Shown here: positions 57,659 to 64,000 of the stretch, one piece after another
How positions within the stretch are numbered: position 1 is the stretch's first letter
Layout of the letters: the number at the start of each line of letters is the position of its first letter
Assembly: GCA_964016885.1 (NCBI GenBank)
Contig: OZ024744.1
Location: forward strand, 97,340,001-97,404,000
Source: Eledone cirrhosa
Lineage: Eukaryota
Direction of reading: 5' to 3'
DNA length: 64,000 nt
Position numbers and translations under genes: made by a program
Notes under the pieces: generated by a model
Databases searched by the model: none
What the model was told of the DNA's origin: nothing
The model's input: only the letters and a program-made list of their open reading frames with translations

Positions 57659-58518
57659 CAGAAGTTTATGAAGGAGAATCGAAGACACTTATCAACATAT
57701 ATATATATATATATATATAATGTATAATAAACAATACAATATAATTACCTCATTACCAGAGGTTTCCCGAATAAGACGAATACAAGAAACATCCGCATTC
57801 GTTCGTCAGACAAGGCAATTTAAAACATAGTGAAATATTTGAAAAATCTCCTCAAGAAAGGCAAAAGTTTAACGGGCAAAAAAATATATAAATAAAAGTA
57901 ATGCAAGAGATATATAAAAATAAAATAAGGAAATATAGTAAGGGTATGTGTATAAATGTGTGTATATGCACCTACAAATGTACATATGCGTGTATGTACA
58001 AATGCATGTGAATAGTGAAAAAAATGTGTGCGTAAGTACATACATGAGGGCAAGCATATCAGTGTATGTGTGACCACAAATACGTATATAATATATGTTG
58101 AAAAAAGAAATTGTAAGATAATAGAGTTAACGTACATACAGACTCAGGGACTAAGGATTGAAATATATACACATACAAGTATGAAAGCATGCGTATAAAC
58201 ACACACACACACACACACGATGATAGCCATTGAATGGTTATGACCTCATCAGGCAGTTAGTCAATTCTTAGATATGCCGGCTCTGTGTTTATGGTGTTGA
58301 TGGTATCAGAGCCTTATATGTATAAAACTAACAAATAGTTATCGCTCTACATGGTTGAATACAATAAATGTAATCTGAGTTTTTCGAATATTAATAATAA
58401 AATTCGACTCGTTTGCAAACAGCCCCTTTTTAAGACATGTCAGTAGAATGAGCCCCTCATTCTTGCTCTTGTGTTGGCAGATTACATTTATTATATATAT
58501 ATATATATTATATATATA

Positions 58519-58564
<46 letters not shown>

Positions 58565-58568
<4 letters not shown>

Positions 58569-59243
58569 AAAAAGGGATGAAATCGAAAATGCAACTAAAG
58601 TCTTATTTTTTTTAAAAATATATATATTTATTTGGTTCCTTTACCGGTTTCGCAGTTCTTCTGCTTTTCAAAAGGTGAGTTGAGATGGAGGGTCTGTGGT
58701 TTTTCTCACATCTGGTTGGTCTCTAAATGTTACTTGTTTTATATGGAAAAAGTGGCTCGAAACTTGTTCACGTGACAGCCAAATTTCATTTATAACCAAC
58801 CAAAAAAAAGCCTTCGTGAGCCTCATTTTTTCAAGTAAAAAGAAATTCAAACACTCATATATGAAAAAACAACCTGTGACAACCCCCCCCCCCCTCTCTT
58901 ATTTGAAGAACTATTGTAACGCGAACTGGCGCGAAATTTATTATAATTATTGACAAACCAATCAAATTACTTCTCGAAAAACCTGGTTTTCGAGCCACTT
59001 TTTCCATATAAAACAAGTAACATTTAGAGACCAACCAGATGTGAGAAAAACCACAGACCCTCCATCTCAACTCACCTTTTGAAAAGCAGAAGAACTGCGA
59101 AACCGGTAAAGGAACCAAATAAATATATATATTTTTTTAAAAAATAAGACTTCAGTTGCATTTTCGATTTCATCCCTTTTTCTTTATACTTCCACTCGTG
59201 TAGGACACCTCGGTTATTTTTCATTTTGTAAAAAAAACCTCAC

Positions 59244-59250
<7 letters not shown>
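58565..59250 (+). mobile_element. PLE-terminus inverted cassette (arms ~58565-58762 / ~58990-59186 plus tail)
   Basis: Reverse-complementary arms. Same family as 56399-56642. Confidence 0.8.
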
Positions 59251-59284
<34 letters not shown>

Positions 59285-60875
59285 AAGAAATTAAAAGATG
59301 GTTAAAAATGTTCCATGTATTTTATTATACGTATTTCAAAAGCAAATATCATCCTGGGACGATATTTGCGTTCTCATCAGATAAAATAGGGAGACATGAT
59401 ATGAAGCTTAAAAAAACACTTGTGAGCAAGCTAGTGTCTAAACAACATATGATAAATAAATTTAAAAGGATATAGGAGAGTGGAAAAAAGGGAAGGAAGG
59501 GGAAAAAAGGAAGGAAGAGGAAGAAAGGAAAACAGGAAAATAGAAGGAAAGGATAACGGAGGAAGAGTATAAGAAGGAGGAAGGAGAGAGAAAGAGAAAG
59601 GAGAGAAAGAGAGAGAGATAAACATTTAAACTTAAAAACGCCGTCTCCACAGAGAAATAACTGAAATAACCGTTGTAAATTTATAAATAAACATAAAAAT
59701 TTAAAAATTTAAAATTAATGAGGTTTATGAATGATGATGTTTATGATTACAGATATAGAAATTAAGTATACTATTTATTTAGGGTTTATATATTTAGGGT
59801 TTATATAGTGAAGGATTTATTAAGATGTGCGAAAAGTTTATTTAAATGTATTATTAAGATAAAATAACGTTAAATAAGATAAGGTGAATGAAAATAAAAT
59901 TAAATCATTTATAAGCTTAGAAGACGATATAGGGTCCTAGCTTGTTTCAATATATTGTAATAGAAAAAGTAATTATTTAAGTTAAGACAAGCACAGGAAG
60001 AGAGAAAAAAGAAAAGTACGAGGAAGGAAAAATTACGTCAAAATTTGTTTACAAAATTCACCTAATGCTAATATTAATAGATTTGAAGTAAAAAATTGGG
60101 AAATATAGCGGCCTAAAAAAGTAATGTTGAGAAGAAATGATATAAAGATGAACTATTTAAAAGAAATTTGTATCCCCAAGAAGATAAAGAATTTGCTATA
60201 GTGAATTAAAAAGTTAAAGAATAAAAAAATTAGAGGACCAAAAACGTCATAGTATGAGTGAACTTTGTAGAATGTACTGAAATATGCGAGAAAAAAAGGG
60301 TATCTTTGTAAAAAAGATATATATATGTGTGAGAAAAAGTTTTTAATCTTAGTTATGGAGTAAGATATTAGCTGTATACTTCGTGAATTCAGTTTTTCCC
60401 GGAATAGGTATGTCTTTAAGTGAGGTTGTGATGCTGTAGTAGTCCATGTTATAGAAGTAGAGACCATCAATAGTATCCGATAGAAGAGTTAGCGCTCAAA
60501 AAATCAAGGAGCAGGTTAATGTAGGAGGTGAGTTTTATTGTAGCACAATAAAGCAATGCAAATATCGGAGAAGTAGCACTCAACAGTTTATTGGACTAGA
60601 GTATATATAAGAAGAAATTAAAAGATGGTTAAAAAGGTTCCATGTATTTTATTATACGCATTTCAAAATCAAATATCACACTGGGACGATATTTGCGTTC
60701 TCATCAGATAAAATAGGGAGACATGATATGAAGCTTAAAAAAAACACTTGTGAGCAAGGTAGTGTCTAATCAACATATGATAAATAAATTTATCTTATAC
60801 ATACTCCAGTCCAATAACTGTTGAGTGCTACTTATCCGATATTTGCATTGCTTTATTGTGCTACAATAAAGCTCA

Positions 60876-60913
<38 letters not shown>

Positions 60914-61244
60914 AAGGAGTATATACCGTTAAAACATGTTTATATGGGTCACGTATTGATAATTGTTTTGTTTTCTATACCCTTGAGAAGCCCTTTTTGG
61001 ACGAAACATAGGTGCATTTTTATATAAACATGTTTTTAACGTATATACTCCTTTGTGTATATATATATATTATTCAAAATATTAACAAATGAAGATATTC
61101 ACATAATCAAAATATATGCTTTATTATATATATTTCGAAGGTACTGTGTTGTTCTTTTTCCAGTACGTCCTCGTCAGATAAAATATATGATTTAATATAT
61201 GACATACCACTACGGTCTTGATATTTCAATTCCAGTATTGGCAG

Positions 61245-61366
<122 letters not shown>

Positions 61367-61811
61367 TGTGTGTGTTTGTGTGTGTGTTTGTGTGTGTGTG
61401 TGTTTGTGTGTGTGTGTAATCTGCCAACACAAGAGTATATATATATATATATATACATCTGTGTGTGTGTATTTTAAGTGTGTTAAGTATTTCCGTAGAA
61501 AAGGTAAAGGAAAGAAGAGTGCTCTGTGTATAGTACAGAGCTATTTAATTATGTAATAAACAAAATAGTATAATTATTACATTACACAAGGTTTCGCGAA
61601 GTTAGACGAATCTAATAAAGGCAACAAAGATATTCCATCTGATGAACAAACTCAGACATTTTTGTTAGAATCGTCTAACTTCGCGAAACCTTGTGTAATG
61701 GAATAATTACATTGTGTTGTTTATTACATATATATATAGTAATATTAAAAAGCTCCGTTAAGGGTGAAAGCACCGATTCTTTGCTTAAACTTTAATCTGC
61801 TATTTTAATAA

Positions 61812-61857
<46 letters not shown>

Positions 61858-62082
61858 ATACGTACATACATATATGTATACAGACGTACAGTAGCATGCA
61901 TATATATATATAAACATATATGTATGTGTACCTGTATGTATATATGTATATATATATATATATATATGCATGCTACTGTACGTCTGTATACATATATGTA
62001 TGTACGTATACACACATACTTACATTTAAGTAAGTGCCGTAATAAGAGTGAGAAATGAAATTTCGTTTTCATTTTATTTCAA

Positions 62083-62167
<85 letters not shown>

Positions 62168-63670
62168 GTATATATGTATATATGTATATATATGGTGGCT
62201 GCCAACTCGTTTTCGAGTACGGCCACTACTTTATATCCATGTAGGAAAACCCCTACCAATGCGCTGAATGAGTGTGACTTTTTAGTCCAGCCAGCGACTT
62301 GAAAACTCTGGTACAAACACTACACTTGTGACAATTATTGACACATAGTGCTGGGCCCATGGTACTATGTGACGACAAGTGCAGAGAGATCTCCAGATAT
62401 AAAGCAATGCCTGTGCCGTGAAGCTTTTATAGTGAGCAAAGGCACTGCACAAAGCTAGTCCCACTCTCTTAACCAAGATGATATTTACCAAAAAGAAGAA
62501 CAAGTCAACATCATTGGATACCATCAGGGTTTCAGGTGTTATATCAGAGTTTTCCTTCTCCTAGAATTCTGCCTTGACAAAGGCTAAGAGGTCATCTCTC
62601 CCGGTGATTTTGGATGGCCATTGACTCTTAAGAGCTCCTTTGCCCTTTGACAGGTTTTGTTTTTAGTCCTGCAGGATGTCCAAAGTCACCCTCCTCACCA
62701 AGAAACCTTTCTGGGGTTGCCAGTTTAGTCGCCAACCATGGGACAGGTTGTACTGGGATACATGTTACCAGTAGCACCAACTGGTGACCTGACATACACA
62801 CACATGTATATATATTTATATACACACACACATATGTATATGCAAGAGATGTCAACATTAATGGACCTATTATTTTTATCTAAAGACATTTTTTTTCCAA
62901 TTCCATCCCGCCCGTCCCCTTAATCTATTTCATTTCTGATTCTTTCTTCTGAAGAAGGACTAGCATCCGAAACGTTAAGACCCTCTTGCTGCTATATCAA
63001 GTGTTAACCTAATATACACCTTCCATATACTGTACCGATTGTGTTGTTATTTGTGTTTACCTTTTACATTTATATATATATATGCGTGGAGAAATAAATA
63101 TAGGAGAACAAACCGTTAAAACATGTTTATTTAAAATAGCACCTACGTACGTTTCGCCCGAATGGGCTTCTCAAGGGCATAAATAACTAAAAAGTGTTCC
63201 TTACATGACTCGGAATGGGTTTTTAGAGATAAGTTCACGCCAGAGTTCATTCTTCGTAAAAAAAAACATATATTGATTTTGCAGTAGGTCAAGGGAGATA
63301 ACTCTGGCCGGTGTTAGGGCAGTCTTTTCCGGACGAATTTTGTATCCGTTACCAGTATGTGGTTACTACCTTACCATTGTCGATACGCACAGGGTCAAGT
63401 ATGCAACGTTAGTTTCGAGACGTTTGTTTTCACAGAACTTATGTTTACCGAATTCGCTGACCAGACCCCTTCTTCCTCCCGTTAGACCTGTGCGAAATTC
63501 CTTCCTTGCTCACATTTCAATCAGTTTTGATGGTCTTTATTCTCTCGTTCACGATTTCACCGAATTTATATTCATAGAAATCTGGGACTTGTCTCTTTCT
63601 TCATCACTTTCTGTTGCTTAAACCATTTTGTTTGTTTACCCTAGCGTCCCCTTTATTTACGTGTCCCAAC

Positions 63671-63715
<45 letters not shown>

Positions 63716-63874
63716 CGATTCCAGGATGCGTTATGTCCTTGAGCAAGACACTTTATTTCACGTTGCTCCTTCTACTTGGAGTTGCGTCCGATAGATAGTA
63801 CAAGCAACTGGAAAGACCAACGGAAACATTGTTTCCTCGGTCCAATTTGACGAAAGTCGATCGATCCTATATAT

Positions 63875-64000
63875 CTCTAGGGCAGGTAAAATTCCCGAGA
63901 TCCATAGACGAGTTCTCTCCAGCGGACTCTGTCCCTCATTATCGCTGCCATGTCCTGCGTCTCCAACAGACCAGTGTCTGTCCTTAGGGCATCAACATAT
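63875..64000 (-). mobile_element. 3' end of an RTE-type LINE running off the window
   Basis: Minus translation YVDALRTDTGLLETQDMAAIMRDRVRWRELV, comparable to 30580-30660. Confidence 0.6.

Noticed and set aside
62190-62790. Possible host exon in non-repetitive sequence
   Set aside because: No recognisable domain or convincing splice-bounded frame. The distal part loosely resembles a LINE 5' region, too weak to call.

Overview
AT-rich, microsatellite-saturated animal intergenic or intronic DNA. The SINE types and long (TA)n tracts resemble octopus/cephalopod genomes (inference). No host gene is recognisable. Contents: three near-full-length but decayed L1/Tx1-type LINEs on the minus strand (two in tandem inside (GATA)n, one nested in a Penelope ORF), four Penelope-like elements (PLEs) with RT and/or GIY-YIG remnants, RTE and CRE LINE fragments, tRNA-SINEs, one non-autonomous Helitron and a 200-nt N gap. 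Two less obvious layers stand out. (1) More than 30 type-I hammerhead-ribozyme motifs of about 15 families (counted by eye), mostly in fold-back PLE-terminus cassettes inserted in (TA)n, including U3-A8, U4C and U4A core variants. (2) All three Tx1 copies have a 34-39 nt spacer between ORF1 and ORF2 that begins GT(A/G)AGT and is pyrimidine-rich; two end in AG. It looks like a mini-intron whose removal would fuse ORF1 to ORF2.
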